DNA of 64,000 bases. Source: an uncultured Phycisphaerales bacterium. Lineage in GTDB: Bacteria; Planctomycetota; Phycisphaerae; Tepidisphaerales; Tepidisphaeraceae. Numbering within the stretch: the first letter of the stretch is position 1; every line of letters starts with the position of its first letter. Position numbers and translations under genes: made by a program. The stretch is taken from NCBI GenBank assembly GCA_963758525.1, contig CAVWVQ010000002.1, positions 320,001 to 384,000 on the forward strand, in the 5' to 3' direction. Of the stretch, positions 1-11,408 are shown piece by piece. A model generated the notes under the pieces. The model saw nothing but the letters and a program-made list of their open reading frames with translations. It did no database searches and was not told the origin of the DNA.

Positions 1-636
1 ACCACGCGGCTTTCGCCGCGAGCGCCTTCTCGACTTCCTCGACGACCTTTGGTTCATTCGGGCTGGTTTGGGTCGCAAACCGGGCAATCACGTTTCCGTT
101 GCGATCGACCACAAACTTCGTGAAATTCCAGCCGATCTCCCCGGCGAAGTCGCCGTTGGTCGCCGGATCCGTCAGGAATTGTAGAGCGGCGCCATGTCTT
201 CACCCTTCACGCTGATCTTCGCCATCATCGGAAATTTCACATCGAACGTCGCCTTGCAGAAGCCGTCAATCTGCTCGTTGGTTCCCGGCTCCTGACTCCC
301 GAAGTTGTTCGCGGGAAAGCCCACGATTACCAATCCCTGGTCGGCATACTTTGAATACATCTCCTCCAATGGCTTGTACTGCTTCGTGAATCCGCACTTG
401 CTTGCGACGTTCACGATCATCACGACCTTTCCCTTGAAGTCGCTCAGCTTCTGCTCCTTGCCGTGAATCGTCTGCACCGTGAAATCGAGCGGGCTCACGG
501 GGGAATTGTCAGCCGAGGGCTTGGCGGGAGCGCTGGTCGGATCCTTCGCAACATCATGCGGAGGCGGCGGACCGCCAAGAGACATCACCGCGTTGCACAT
601 CAGGGCCAGCACCGCACAGATCGATCGTAGCTTCAT
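1..636 (-). CDS. Glutathione peroxidase family protein with signal peptide; frameshift near 180; C-terminus reaches the window edge
   Basis: Motifs [10 protein letters not shown] and [13 protein letters not shown] in ORF 172-672; after a 1-base shift near 180 the next frame gives [26 protein letters not shown]. Confidence 0.9.
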
Positions 637-686
637 TGTTTGCTCCTTGGTCCAGTCTGGTGTCCGTTCCACGTCCGCAGGAAAAC

Positions 687-1712
687 TTAATGTTGATACA
701 CCGGCAGCAGCCGATACGGCGCCTCGAGCGTGAGGACCGCCATCGCGGTGGCGTACATCACGCCGGGCTCCTCGCCCGATCTGCTTTGCGGAAATGAGCC
801 GTCCGGCAGCTGCGATTTTGCCAGACGCTCCAGTGTCTGCCCGATCATCACCGCTGCGCCAGGATCATCCGCCTGAAGCATCGCGTGCACGGAGTAATAC
901 ATTGCATAATACGGATATCGTGTATGCTCATCGACCGGGTGGTCGCGCAAAAATTTCAGTCCGTCCGCGCGCTCGGGTTTCACGTCGGCGCCGAGCAAAT
1001 ACAGGCACAGGACAGCCGCTCCGGTTGCGCCGATCGAAGCATCGCCTCCGCCCGGCTGATAGCTGAAGCCACCCTCCTTCCGATGACACTTGATGACAAA
1101 CGCGATCGCATCGGTCGCCGAGCCGCGGGGAATGTCCATGCCGTCGCCAAGGCAGGCGCGGAGGGCCAGCGCGTTCCAGCCGGAGAGCGACAGATCGCTG
1201 TCGGTTGCCTGCGGCTCATAGCGCCACCCGCCGGAAAATTGCGCGGGCTTGCTCACTTTCTGCGCATCGAGAATGAGATGAGCGGCTTTCTCCACGACCT
1301 GGCGAATACGGGATCGCCGCGAATCGTTTTGTTCCAGACCCCAGGCCTGGGCCAATGCGAGCGTGACGATCGCCTGTCCATACATCCGGCTTCCATCAAC
1401 TTTGCCGTAATACGCGTCCGCCGGAGCCTGTTGCACGAGATAGTCGATGGCGTTGCGCACCGTCGAACCATATCTCCCCAAATCCGGAGGATTTCCGGCG
1501 GCGAGAAATGACAGCAACCCGAGCCCGGTGACGGCCACGCGCGGTCCCTGATCGGTGAACGACCCGTTCGGTAACTGCTGCGCCGCCAGATATTCCAGAC
1601 CGCGTCCGACAGCGCGGTCGACGTTCGGCATCGACGTGCTGTTCGTGGCGGGCGCGGCATCGGCGAACGAGACGGTCAGAAGTAATGCGATCAAAAAAGA
1701 ATTCCACGCCAT
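687..1712 (-). CDS. Prenyltransferase/squalene-oxidase repeat (QW-like repeat) protein, secreted
   Basis: Signal peptide; repeated motifs [25 protein letters not shown] and QLPDGSF. Confidence 0.8.
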   Translation of the reverse strand: MAWNSFLIALLLTVSFADAAPATNSTSMPNVDRAVGRGLEYLAAQQLPNGSFTDQGPRVAVTGLGLLSFLAAGNPPDLGRYGSTVRNAIDYLVQQAPADAYYGKVDGSRMYGQAIVTLALAQAWGLEQNDSRRSRIRQVVEKAAHLILDAQKVSKPAQFSGGWRYEPQATDSDLSLSGWNALALRACLGDGMDIPRGSATDAIAFVIKCHRKEGGFSYQPGGGDASIGATGAAVLCLYLLGADVKPERADGLKFLRDHPVDEHTRYPYYAMYYSVHAMLQADDPGAAVMIGQTLERLAKSQLPDGSFPQSRSGEEPGVMYATAMAVLTLEAPYRLLPVYQH

Positions 1713-4700
1713 CAGCGCCCCTCCGCGCGAGCGGCCTGAGCTTTGCCCAAAGCTTGAAAGTAAATCCGCAGGGGCTCTTCATACCCCGCCGGATCGGAAT
1801 CGTGGGTGGGAAAACTCATGGACGTCGTCTGGCCCGGCGGAAGACGCTCCCATCCGCCGGCGATGCTCGGCTGGCCGGGGCTCCGTTGCGCGGCGTCGGC
1901 GGGCGCGGTCGCCGCATATACCGGTTGCATCGATGGCACGATCGACAGGCGGTGCGAGGCGGCATCGTGAATCGACTGATCCCACGCCCTTGCCAGGGCC
2001 CCGGTCGCTCGCACCTGCTGCACCAGCGCCCTGCTCAGATCCGGCGGCGACTGCGCAAGCGAATCAGCCGCCGCTCCGGCAAAAGATCTGGCCGCCAGCA
2101 ACGGGTCGCGCGCGGTCAGTGCGTCCTGCGCCGCGGCCAACTCCCGCTGCACCGAATCGACGGCGGCGCGCACGGCGCTGGCGGCTCGACCGATTGCCGG
2201 TACATCGTTTCCGCGCAGCGCACGGGCGAAGTCCGTCAGCGCGGCAACAAGCTGCGTCTGGAGTGCATTGCAAACATCCGTCGATTCCGGTGCATAGGCT
2301 CCCAGCTCATCGGCCCACGATGCCGCCCGAGCCGGGTCGATCTGAGCCATTGCCGCTTCAAGCCGATCCGACGCTTCGCCGGCCTCGTTGGCGGCTTCGA
2401 CCGCGGCGCGGTGCGCCATTCCCCGCTCTTCGCCCGTTGCGCCCCCGCTCAATCGGGTTTCCGCTTCCTGCGCTCCGCTTGCGCACTGCGCCGCGGCGCG
2501 CTGTGCCGTTCCGGCTGCCAGGGCATCAGCCAACATCTGCGGAACAGCGGCGAGCTGCTCCTGCACGCTGAGGAATGCCGCCGCCGCCTGCCCGCGGGAA
2601 TTGGGTTCGACAGAACCCGAGCGCTCCGTGACTACGGCCGCAATCGCGTCGGCGACCTTTCGCTCGCTTCCCGCCAGATCGCTCCGGTCATCATCTGGCG
2701 CCCCCTGAGTCTGCTTCGCCACGGCATCCTGGGTCTGGCCAATGCCGTCGATCGTGCGAGCCCTTGCCATGGAGGCCGCGACACGCTGGCGACCGATTTC
2801 GACCCCCGCATCCGGGTCGCGCGCCGCACGGCCGGGAATCGCCGCCGCCTCTCCGACACGGTTATTCAGCGCTTCGTCGAGACGAGCGGCACCGTCATAA
2901 TCCCTGGCTGCGGCGGCAGCGCTGGCCTGCAACGCAATATCCTCCGCATCTTTTCTGCCGGCGGCGGAGATCGGACCGGTCGTCGGACGCCCTGGGGCTC
3001 CCGCCACTGCTCCTGCAGCGGTCAGATCCTGCGCCCAACTAATCATTTGCTGCCGGGCCGAGGTCGCGGCGGCTGTCACGGTTGCGGTCTCATGGGCGGG
3101 GCGCGACGAAGCCGGTCGCAACCGCAGTTCCCATTCCCGTTGCAAGTCAGCCAGGGCGCTGGCAAACGCAGTCACCGTGGCGGCCGCGGCGGAATCTTCC
3201 GGGCGTCGCTCATTGAGCGAAGACTCAATTGCGGCAGCGGCTTTCGACGCCAATTGCAGATCGCGGGCGCGTGTCAGATCGGACTCGGGCCGGACGGCTT
3301 CGGCCTCCGCTGCCGCGCTGAGCCGGCGGCTGATACCCGGCGCCGCGTGCTCCCCGCGCGAAAGCTCCTGCGCCGACATCCGCGCTGCTTCCGCATAATC
3401 GATCGGCCGGGCCGCATCTATCACCGACTGGCCTGCGCCGATCTTCGCTTGGAGTTGCGGAGCGATCCCGGCAGCGCCAGGATCGATGTTCAGTTCGCGC
3501 AACACGGCCTGGCTGCGCGGGCCGGAGATTGGATGCTTCGCGCTGTCCGCGTCCTCTCGTTCCGCGAGTACTGCGATAGCGAGTTGACCCTGCCACAGCG
3601 TGGTAACGTCAGCCGAGAGACGATGGGACTGGTCGATCGCCCGCCGCAGGGCTGGCTCAATTGGCTGCAACCGGGCGGTGGAGTCGCCGCGGACGCGAAA
3701 TAATTCGTCGGCGGCCTCCGACAAAGATTCCGCCGAGTCGCTCAAGGCAGCCAACGCCACCGAAAGCTGCGCCGCGTGCGTGTGCAGGATGGCCCGGCAC
3801 AGGCATTGTCGCAGGAGGGTCGCCGACTCGGAGGCATTCGCCAACGAGAGATTGGCATGCGCCGATGCCGCGGCAAATCCGCTCGACTGTTTGTCGGCGA
3901 TCCCATCGGCCTGCCCGATCGCGCCGCGGGCTGTTTCAAAATCGCCGATCATTCTCATGGCAAAACCGCTGGCCGCGTTGAGCTCGGACACACGCTCCCG
4001 CATATCCAGGTCAACGGGTCGCGCGGCGATGCGGATGCGGAGCGGTTCGCTGCTGGCGGCCTGGCCGGCGGAGTCACTGGCGACGATCGTAACCGTCGCG
4101 AGATCACCCACCTTCAGCGGCAGCGACGCAAGATCCAGATCGACGCTCCCCTCCTGCCCGCGGAGGTGCCCGACCAGATGGATCGGACGATTGATCGTCT
4201 GTCCGCTGCTCAACTTCACCGCGAGCGTCAGCGCATTCAGAGCGTAATCGTCCGCGGCCTGATACGTGAGTGTGATGATGTCGCGCGGCGTCAGGCGAAC
4301 GTCCTGGCCCGCTTGAAAGAGCCGGGCAACCGGAGGCCGGTTGATCAGCGGGTGAATGCGGGTGCCCGGCGGTCCCGAGCCGGCCACTTCACGGGCGCTG
4401 ATCAAATCCAGCGAGTACGCGATGTCCTGTTTCACGGTGATCGTCGCTCGACGAGCAGCCTGGTCGCCGGACCGGGACATGAGAATCTTTTCTGCGCCGA
4501 TGGTGAGCATCGCGGATTGCAGCGGATCGCTGCAGAAGATGGTCAAGGTTGCCCGCGAGCCGACCGGTGCTTCGATCAACCCGTCGGTGTTGGACACCAC
4601 CAGCGGCTCACGCCGGACGTAGTCGGGAAATAGGTACGAAATCTGGAATTGAGATACGGTCGGCCTGCGCAACACGCGCGCCAAAAAGGTGCGCGTGGCC

Positions 4701-5527
4701 GCATCGCCGGCGGTCACATAATAATGAATGTCGCGATCGACCGATGCCAGCGGATAGCTGAAGTGCGTCGCATCCGTCGGGTTCATCACGACGCGGTGCC
4801 AATCGCCCTGCGTGTTCAGGAACAAAAAGACCGAGTCGCCGATCAGATGCTCCACCTGCGCGTCGATGCGAAGCGGGTCGGACTGAACGATGTCGCGATC
4901 GCCGGGAGAAACGGTGATCTGTGTTGTTGTCACGGGCGGCAGATCTGATCCTGGCGTGACAAACCTCTGGACCAGTTGGCGAACGCCAATTTGCGGATTG
5001 CCGTTCAGGATCAGCGCCGATGCGATCAGCACCAGGCAGACCATCCAGGGTACGACCACGGGCCCAAGGGAAAGGAGCGAGCGACGCCTGCTTTCGGCGA
5101 TGTGCAATTCCACGTCGCGCAGCAGATGTGAGAGAATTTCCGCCGATCCCCGGTTCGTGCGATCCCCGGTCAACTGCGAGACGACGGTCAGCAGCGACTG
5201 CGAAAATTGCGGATCCCGGCCCTCGATCTGCCCGGCGATGTCGACCCAGTCGATCCGCCCGCGCAGCTTCCACAGAGAGCGGGCAACGACGCCGCCGCAC
5301 AGAGCGCCGCCGCAGATGAGCAGCAGGAAGCGAATCGCAGGCGAAAGATGCAGAAGACGGTCCAATCCGCAGGAGATCGCGCTCCACATCAGGAACAGCG
5401 CCACTGCGATTCCGAACCCGCGGATCAATGCGAGACGTCGCACGGCAGTCGCGAAGTCGCGCAAATACGATGCCACGGTCGGCGGCAGATCAACGGCGGA
5501 GTTCATGGGACCGATATAGCTACTCAT
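1712..5527 (-). CDS. Large membrane-anchored protein with Ig-like segments and a long helical Ala-rich tail (DUF4175-like)
   Basis: ORF of about 1270 aa with N-terminal TM helices and an ADDYAL motif; ATG at 5527 overlaps the upstream stop (ATGA). Confidence 0.65.
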   Translation of the reverse strand: MSSYIGPMNSAVDLPPTVASYLRDFATAVRRLALIRGFGIAVALFLMWSAISCGLDRLLHLSPAIRFLLLICGGALCGGVVARSLWKLRGRIDWVDIAGQIEGRDPQFSQSLLTVVSQLTGDRTNRGSAEILSHLLRDVELHIAESRRRSLLSLGPVVVPWMVCLVLIASALILNGNPQIGVRQLVQRFVTPGSDLPPVTTTQITVSPGDRDIVQSDPLRIDAQVEHLIGDSVFLFLNTQGDWHRVVMNPTDATHFSYPLASVDRDIHYYVTAGDAATRTFLARVLRRPTVSQFQISYLFPDYVRREPLVVSNTDGLIEAPVGSRATLTIFCSDPLQSAMLTIGAEKILMSRSGDQAARRATITVKQDIAYSLDLISAREVAGSGPPGTRIHPLINRPPVARLFQAGQDVRLTPRDIITLTYQAADDYALNALTLAVKLSSGQTINRPIHLVGHLRGQEGSVDLDLASLPLKVGDLATVTIVASDSAGQAASSEPLRIRIAARPVDLDMRERVSELNAASGFAMRMIGDFETARGAIGQADGIADKQSSGFAAASAHANLSLANASESATLLRQCLCRAILHTHAAQLSVALAALSDSAESLSEAADELFRVRGDSTARLQPIEPALRRAIDQSHRLSADVTTLWQGQLAIAVLAEREDADSAKHPISGPRSQAVLRELNIDPGAAGIAPQLQAKIGAGQSVIDAARPIDYAEAARMSAQELSRGEHAAPGISRRLSAAAEAEAVRPESDLTRARDLQLASKAAAAIESSLNERRPEDSAAAATVTAFASALADLQREWELRLRPASSRPAHETATVTAAATSARQQMISWAQDLTAAGAVAGAPGRPTTGPISAAGRKDAEDIALQASAAAAARDYDGAARLDEALNNRVGEAAAIPGRAARDPDAGVEIGRQRVAASMARARTIDGIGQTQDAVAKQTQGAPDDDRSDLAGSERKVADAIAAVVTERSGSVEPNSRGQAAAAFLSVQEQLAAVPQMLADALAAGTAQRAAAQCASGAQEAETRLSGGATGEERGMAHRAAVEAANEAGEASDRLEAAMAQIDPARAASWADELGAYAPESTDVCNALQTQLVAALTDFARALRGNDVPAIGRAASAVRAAVDSVQRELAAAQDALTARDPLLAARSFAGAAADSLAQSPPDLSRALVQQVRATGALARAWDQSIHDAASHRLSIVPSMQPVYAATAPADAAQRSPGQPSIAGGWERLPPGQTTSMSFPTHDSDPAGYEEPLRIYFQALGKAQAARAEGR

Positions 5528-8197
5528 GCCAGTCCGCATTGTTTGCGCATCGCCCACTCGGCGGCCAGACAACCGCCGATGAACAAAAAGAGGTAGGGGC
5601 TGTCCCAGAGCTTGAGATCCACATAAAGCGATCGGGGGTCGCTGAACGCCGCAAGCCGATCGGGAAGCGACTGAATCTGGTCGATGCGCAGGAATTCCCC
5701 GCCCGAAGCTTCCGCGAGGCGGCGGAGAAAGTTGTCGTCGCCGGACAGATCCGCAAGCTCCGCCTCACTGCTTTGCTGCACACGCAACGGCAACACGACC
5801 GCATCATCGCCCGCGCCCAGTTTCAGCTCATAGTTTCCCGCGGGAAATGACAACGTCGCCTCATAGCGCCCCGATCCGAGCGGCGCAATTGGCAAGAGCG
5901 TCTGGAGGCCAAACAGCCTTCCATCACGGAGGATTTGAATTCTGCACTGCCGATTCGGCTTCTCGGAGCGGTCCAGCATGCGCACCCTGACGCGCACGGG
6001 CGCATTAGGCGCGACGGCAATGTGATCCGCGTCCAGCGCAAGAGTTTGACTGTTTGCGAAATAGGGCTCCTGCGCCGCGTAGTGAATGAGCTGACGCCAG
6101 AAGCGCTCCTGGTCGCGCCCCCGACCTTGTATCGCCACCGCCAGGTCTCATCCGTGCAGAGCAGGAACGTGCGTCCCGCCCCAAGCGTTCGCTCAAGCAG
6201 CACCGGCGCACCCGAGTCAGCCTCGACCAGCAGCGCACGGGTTCCGGGCGCAGCTTCTCCTCGCTGATGCCGGGCAGTTGCAGAAATCGATAGACCGGCG
6301 GCAGCTCCTGCCAGCGACGCCACGCCACCAGCGGATCATTTGATAGTTTGAGAACGTCCAGCGCGCCCTCCTCCGCGGCCGGGACAAAGCGGAACGCTGG
6401 CTGCTCGCCCGGCCAGACGCGGAAACGGGGCATCAGCGGCGGCGCGAACGGGAGCAGCGAGGAAGTCGCCAGCGTGGAGGAGTACTCCGCCGGGAGATGT
6501 TCTCCGACCACAAGGATCACGCTCCCGCCACGCTCGGATACGAGCCGGCCGACGGCATCCCACTGGCGTGCGGACAATGCAGTGACGGGCGGATCACAGA
6601 GCACGATGACGTCCTGCCGGAGAATGTCCTGCGGCGACATTTGCAACGGCGCCGCGCCGCCGCCAAGGATCGCGCGAGAGAGCTCGATTTCCCCCCGGCG
6701 TTCCAGCATCGCACACAGCTCCTGCGCGTCCCACGTCGGCCCGCCGGACCACACCGCGACGCGCATCCGCTCGGGCATCACTTTCATCCACCGTTCGATG
6801 CGGTTGTTGGCGTCGGTCGCCTCGCCAGCGATCTTTACAATCGACAGCACCAGCTTCAGGCTCCCCGCCTGTTCCTTCTTCAACTCCAGCGGAAATTCGA
6901 CAAACGCCGGTTGTCCGCTGCGCAGCTCAACTGAGCGAATCTGATCCGGAGCGTCGCCCGCCGCCAGATGCACCTCGGCGGCAACCCCGTCGATCCCGTC
7001 GTGACCGACTTCCGCGCGCACGACTACGGTGTCGCCGATGAATGCCCCGGCCGGCACCGCAACATGCGTGAGGACGGCATCCCTCGGTGGCGCGGCGGCC
7101 GCGACTCCGACGGTAAAGATCGGTACGCCCGCGGGCGCAAGCCCCGCGACTGCACGCGCGTCTCCGCCGACCTGACGCCCATCCGAGAAAAGAACGATTG
7201 CACGGGCGCGCGTCCGGCCGGCAACGGCCGCGATTCCTCCGGTCAGATCGGTCGTGACGCCGTCGGGGCCTTTGCTCAATTCCGCAACCGGCTTGCCGTC
7301 GCGCTGCAATTCCAGGGGTTCGATGTTTGCCGCCAATGAAAACCCAGCAACCGGCATCTTTGGTATCAGCCGTGTGACCAGGCCGACGGCGGGATCCAGC
7401 AGCGCCCGCTGAACCAGCGAGTCGCGTGACAGCCGGCTCTCCTCCTGGCACGCCTGGTGCACTTGCGGATCGGACTCGTAGAGATGCTGATCGAAAGCCG
7501 CGCGAAATCGCGCCAGCGCCTCGACGGCGGCTGCGAGCTGCTTGGGCACCTTGGTCTTCCATTCCCTGGCGGCCTGCGCATCGGGCGGCTTGGCCAGGTT
7601 GGCGACTGCGCGTTGCAGTTGGGAATCTTTCGTCACCTGCGCCTCGGCCATCAGACCGCGGACCAGCTCCAGGTAATGCGCAGCGACCTGTCGGAGCTGC
7701 TCGCGCCGCGGGCCGATGTCCCGGCCGGAGATCGTGGCAAAATCCAGATCGTCCTGCGCCGCCCGCACGCTGCCCAGGGCGGCGTGAAGTCTCTCCAGGT
7801 CGCTGCCGAGGCCCATCGCATTGGCGGCGCGGATGCCCTGCGGCAACTGTCCGAGCGCATCGGCCAGCTCAACACGCTCGGCATCGGTGCGGGCATTATC
7901 GACGATGCTCATGCTGCGCGAGCGGTCGACGACGATCTCCACCGCGCCCCGTTCATCGGCAGTTGCAAGCCTCACGGCGACGGGTTTGAGCAGAGAGAGG
8001 AGCAGCGCCAGCAGCGCGGCTGTCCGCAACGCCGGCAACAGCCAGCGCGAGGGAAGGCCGACCGATCGCAACTGCGACGGATACAGCAGCGCGATTGCCA
8101 GCAGCAGCGCAACGGCTCCAGCGGCCACCGCGGGCCACAGCTGCGGGGCTTCCCAGTACACCTGTGCGAGGTGCACGGAAGGTATCCCGTCAATCAT
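5524..8197 (-). CDS. vWA-domain / glutamine-amidotransferase-like membrane protein; frameshifts near 6245 and 6118
   Basis: MIDAS-like VDRSRSMS and LFSDG; GAGRTFLLCTDETWRWR and ERFWRQL in successive frames; C-terminal TM ending AAEWAMRK. Confidence 0.75.
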
Positions 8198-10388
8198 GAT
8201 TCCATCCCCCCCGAGAAGCGCCGTGCCAGGACCATTTCCAGCGCGCCGACGCTACCACGCCAATCAGCAGCGGCACCCGCAGCTCCCGCCCCGAACGCCC
8301 CGCCGATGCCACTTCGCGCAGCGGCTGCTCCGTCGGCTCGATGCGGTGCATGCCCAGGTTCTGCTCAAGCCAGGTCCATCGCGTCTCCGTCAGTTGCTTC
8401 AGATCGCTTTCGACTTGAGGCGGACTGACAACGTAATACAGTGCATAGGGACTGCGGCCCGCCTCTTCGACGTCGAGCCGGTATTGGCCGATCATCGATG
8501 TGTTTGTCACGCGAATCTCCCCCTGCTGCGCATAGCGCACGATATCGACCGCGCTGCGATGGTCCTGCGGATCGGTCAACCAGACCCGACGCGGCGCTTC
8601 GCCATCCGAAAAGCTGAGCTGGATCGGCTGGCCCGGCGCGAGGTTGCGATCCGCTGGATTGGCGGCCAGGTAACGCACCGCATTCTGCAGGAAGGGCAGA
8701 TAGAAATTCGAGAGCGGCAGGGTTGTCCAGTCGGCATCCAGCGACGTCGTCATCAGAATCACGCGTCCCCGTTCGGAGCTGCCTTCAATCAAAAACGGAT
8801 CACCCGAGGCGTACCATGCCAGCGGCCACGCATACGTCTGGCGCGCCACGGCGGGAAAGTAGCGCCCGATTGTCGCTGAAGGAATCGGGTCGGGCTTGCC
8901 GCGCAGAAACTGGAAGATCGAATGCGTGGCATCGTACCCCAGCACCGACGTGGAGGCCGATCCATCGGCGGGAGTCGGCGGCTGCAATTCGGCGGGCAGA
9001 ATTCCCGCTCCATCGCGATAAAGCTCGGCGTTGTAATCGTCAACGCGCGACAAATTGCCGGGAGCGATCAGCAGTCTTCCGCCATTATAGACGTATCGTT
9101 CCAACGCTCGCACCTGCCGCGGCGAGAAACGCTCGACGTTGGCCGCGATGATGACCTGATACCCGTCGATCTCCGGGCCGTTCCACTCATCGGCCGCCAT
9201 GATGGTTACAGAGCATGGATCCGGATCCTGCTTGAGACCCGCGGCCTGATGCGGCGAGAGGGCCCATCGGACGAAATCGGTCTCACTCTGAAAGGACCCG
9301 GCCCGGGAGTCGCCGCTGATCAGCAGGACTTTGATCGGATCGATCACGTCGATGGAAGAATCGGCGCGATCATCGGCCACATAGCCGGAAGTGGAAATCT
9401 CCGCCGTCAGCACTTGCGAACCGGCGTTGGGGAGAACGAGCTTGTGATCGGGCGCAGACTCATTGTAGCGAAGCGAGATCTCCTGATCGGCGGCCAGGCT
9501 GACGCGCGTCTGCAGAAGGGTCCGGCTGCCCGCTCGGATGGCCAGGGGAACGTCGGAGCGGGGATTGGCCGAGTAGTTGTGCAGGCGGACTTCGATCTCG
9601 ACGGGCTGCCCGCGAATCGCCGGGGGATCGGTCAGCCGAATGCTCTCGACTGCGATATTGTCGGCGTCGGTGGTGCCCACGGGAACCACGAACGTCCTGA
9701 CGTTTACCCCGCGCGAGCCGGCGGGTTTTGGCGACTCCATCCGCCTGCGCCACTTCGCGGCAAACTCTTCATCCAGATCGTGCCAACTCAACGCTTGCCG
9801 GTCGCATACGACGTAAACATCGCGATTGTCTTTCTCGCTCCGCTCGAGAATTTCCGCCGCGCGGGAAAGCCCGTCTTTGAGATCAGCGGCGAGGCAGTCG
9901 CTGTGCAGTTGCTCAATCCGATTGGCGACCGCCCTCAGATCCGTCGTCGGCTCGGCGTCGGCGGGCTGCGACGCAACCCCCATCGGGACGAGCGCGACCC
10001 GATCGCCCGGCCGCATCGCGGCGAGAATCTGTTCGGCGGCGCACTGCGCCAATTCGAAGCGGGTCCGGCCGTTCTCGTCAAAGGACATGCTCCCGGAGCA
10101 ATCCAGCAGAATGACGGCGGTGACCTTTCCCGCTTCAGCGCCGACGAGACTTCCCTCCAGCACCGGCCGGGCCAGCGCGATCGCGAGCGCTGCGATCATC
10201 GCCATGCGCACCAGCAGAAGCAGCCCCTGGCTCAGACGCGCGCTCTGCCGCTGCTGGAGGTCCGCGCCTCCCAGAAAGAGCATCGCGCCCCATTCGACAT
10301 CCCGGTAGCGCGCCCTGCTCAGCAGATGCAGCAGCAGCGGCACCACCGCGGCGCCGAGGCCAGCGAGCATAAGGGGATGCAGGAACAT
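8194..10388 (-). CDS. BatA N-terminal domain + vWA domain protein; probable frameshift near 8250
   Basis: N-terminal LHLL..VEWGAMLFL..LLLLVRM..ALARP BatA signature; LDCSGSMS MIDAS motif. Confidence 0.8.
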
Positions 10389-10461
10389 CGCTGGAAAAGC
10401 CTCTCTGGAACCTGGGCAACCAAACGTTTTGGGAGGAAGCGCCCCGCGGCAAACGGCGTTC

Positions 10462-11356
10462 TCATCGTGCTGCGCCGGTTCGACGCTGCAAGAACGCCGT
10501 CACGGAATCGATCACGGGGCTCTTTGTCACCATCGAGTAAAACTCCACGCCCAGCGCCGAGCAGGTTTCTGCCAGTTCGTGCCGGTGGCGCGCGAACGCA
10601 TCGAGGTAGCCCTTTCGCGTCACCGCCGGCTCAAGCAGCTGCGCCCGCTCCCCTTCCAGCCCCCGAAAGCGCGACCAAGTCTTAAACGGAAATTCCACCT
10701 CATCGGAATCGACCACGCGGAGGACGATCGTTTCGTGCCGGTCATGGCGGAGCCGTGCCAGCCCTTCCCGCAATGATTGTACGGGGGCAAACAGATCAGA
10801 AACGAGAATCACGAGGGATCGCTTTCCGAGCCGGTCGGCGGCCTGTTGCAGCGCCGGCGTCAGCCGAGCTTCCCCCGCCGGCGAAGCACGTTCCAGCGCA
10901 TCGATCACGCGGGAAAGTTGCCCGCTGCCCGCGCGGCGCAAGCCAGTGGTCGAGCTTTGCGCCGCACAACGCCATGCCAACGCTTTCTGATTGCCCCAGC
11001 ATCAGGTACGAGAGCGCGGCGACGAGCTTCGCCGCGTAGTCGAACTTGCGGCCGGATTTTCGGCCGTAGGACATGGAGCCGCTGGTGTCGAGCAGCAGCA
11101 GGGAGCGCAGGTTCGTCTCTTCGTCATATTCCTTGATGTAGGGCCGGTCCGTGCGCGCCAGCACCCGCCAATCCAGGCGGCGCGGTTCGTCGCCCGCCGT
11201 ATAAAAGCGATGCTGGCGGAATTCAATGCTGGCGCCTTTGACGGGACTGCGATGCAGACCTGAAATGCTGCCTTCGACAACACTGCGGGCAGAGAGTTGC
11301 AACTGATTGAGCCGCTCAACGAGCGCGGGTTCGAGATAGCGGCTGACGAAGCTCAT
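10462..11356 (-). CDS. DUF58 domain protein; frameshift near 10920
   Basis: GLHRSPVKGASIEFRQHRFY, LDWRVLARTD, LLLDTSGSM; continues as VILVSDL in ORF 10462-10980. Confidence 0.9.
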
Positions 11357-11408
11357 GCCCGGAGTGTAATTGCAACGCCGCGGATCAGCACGTCGGCGAA
11401 GCGCGTCC

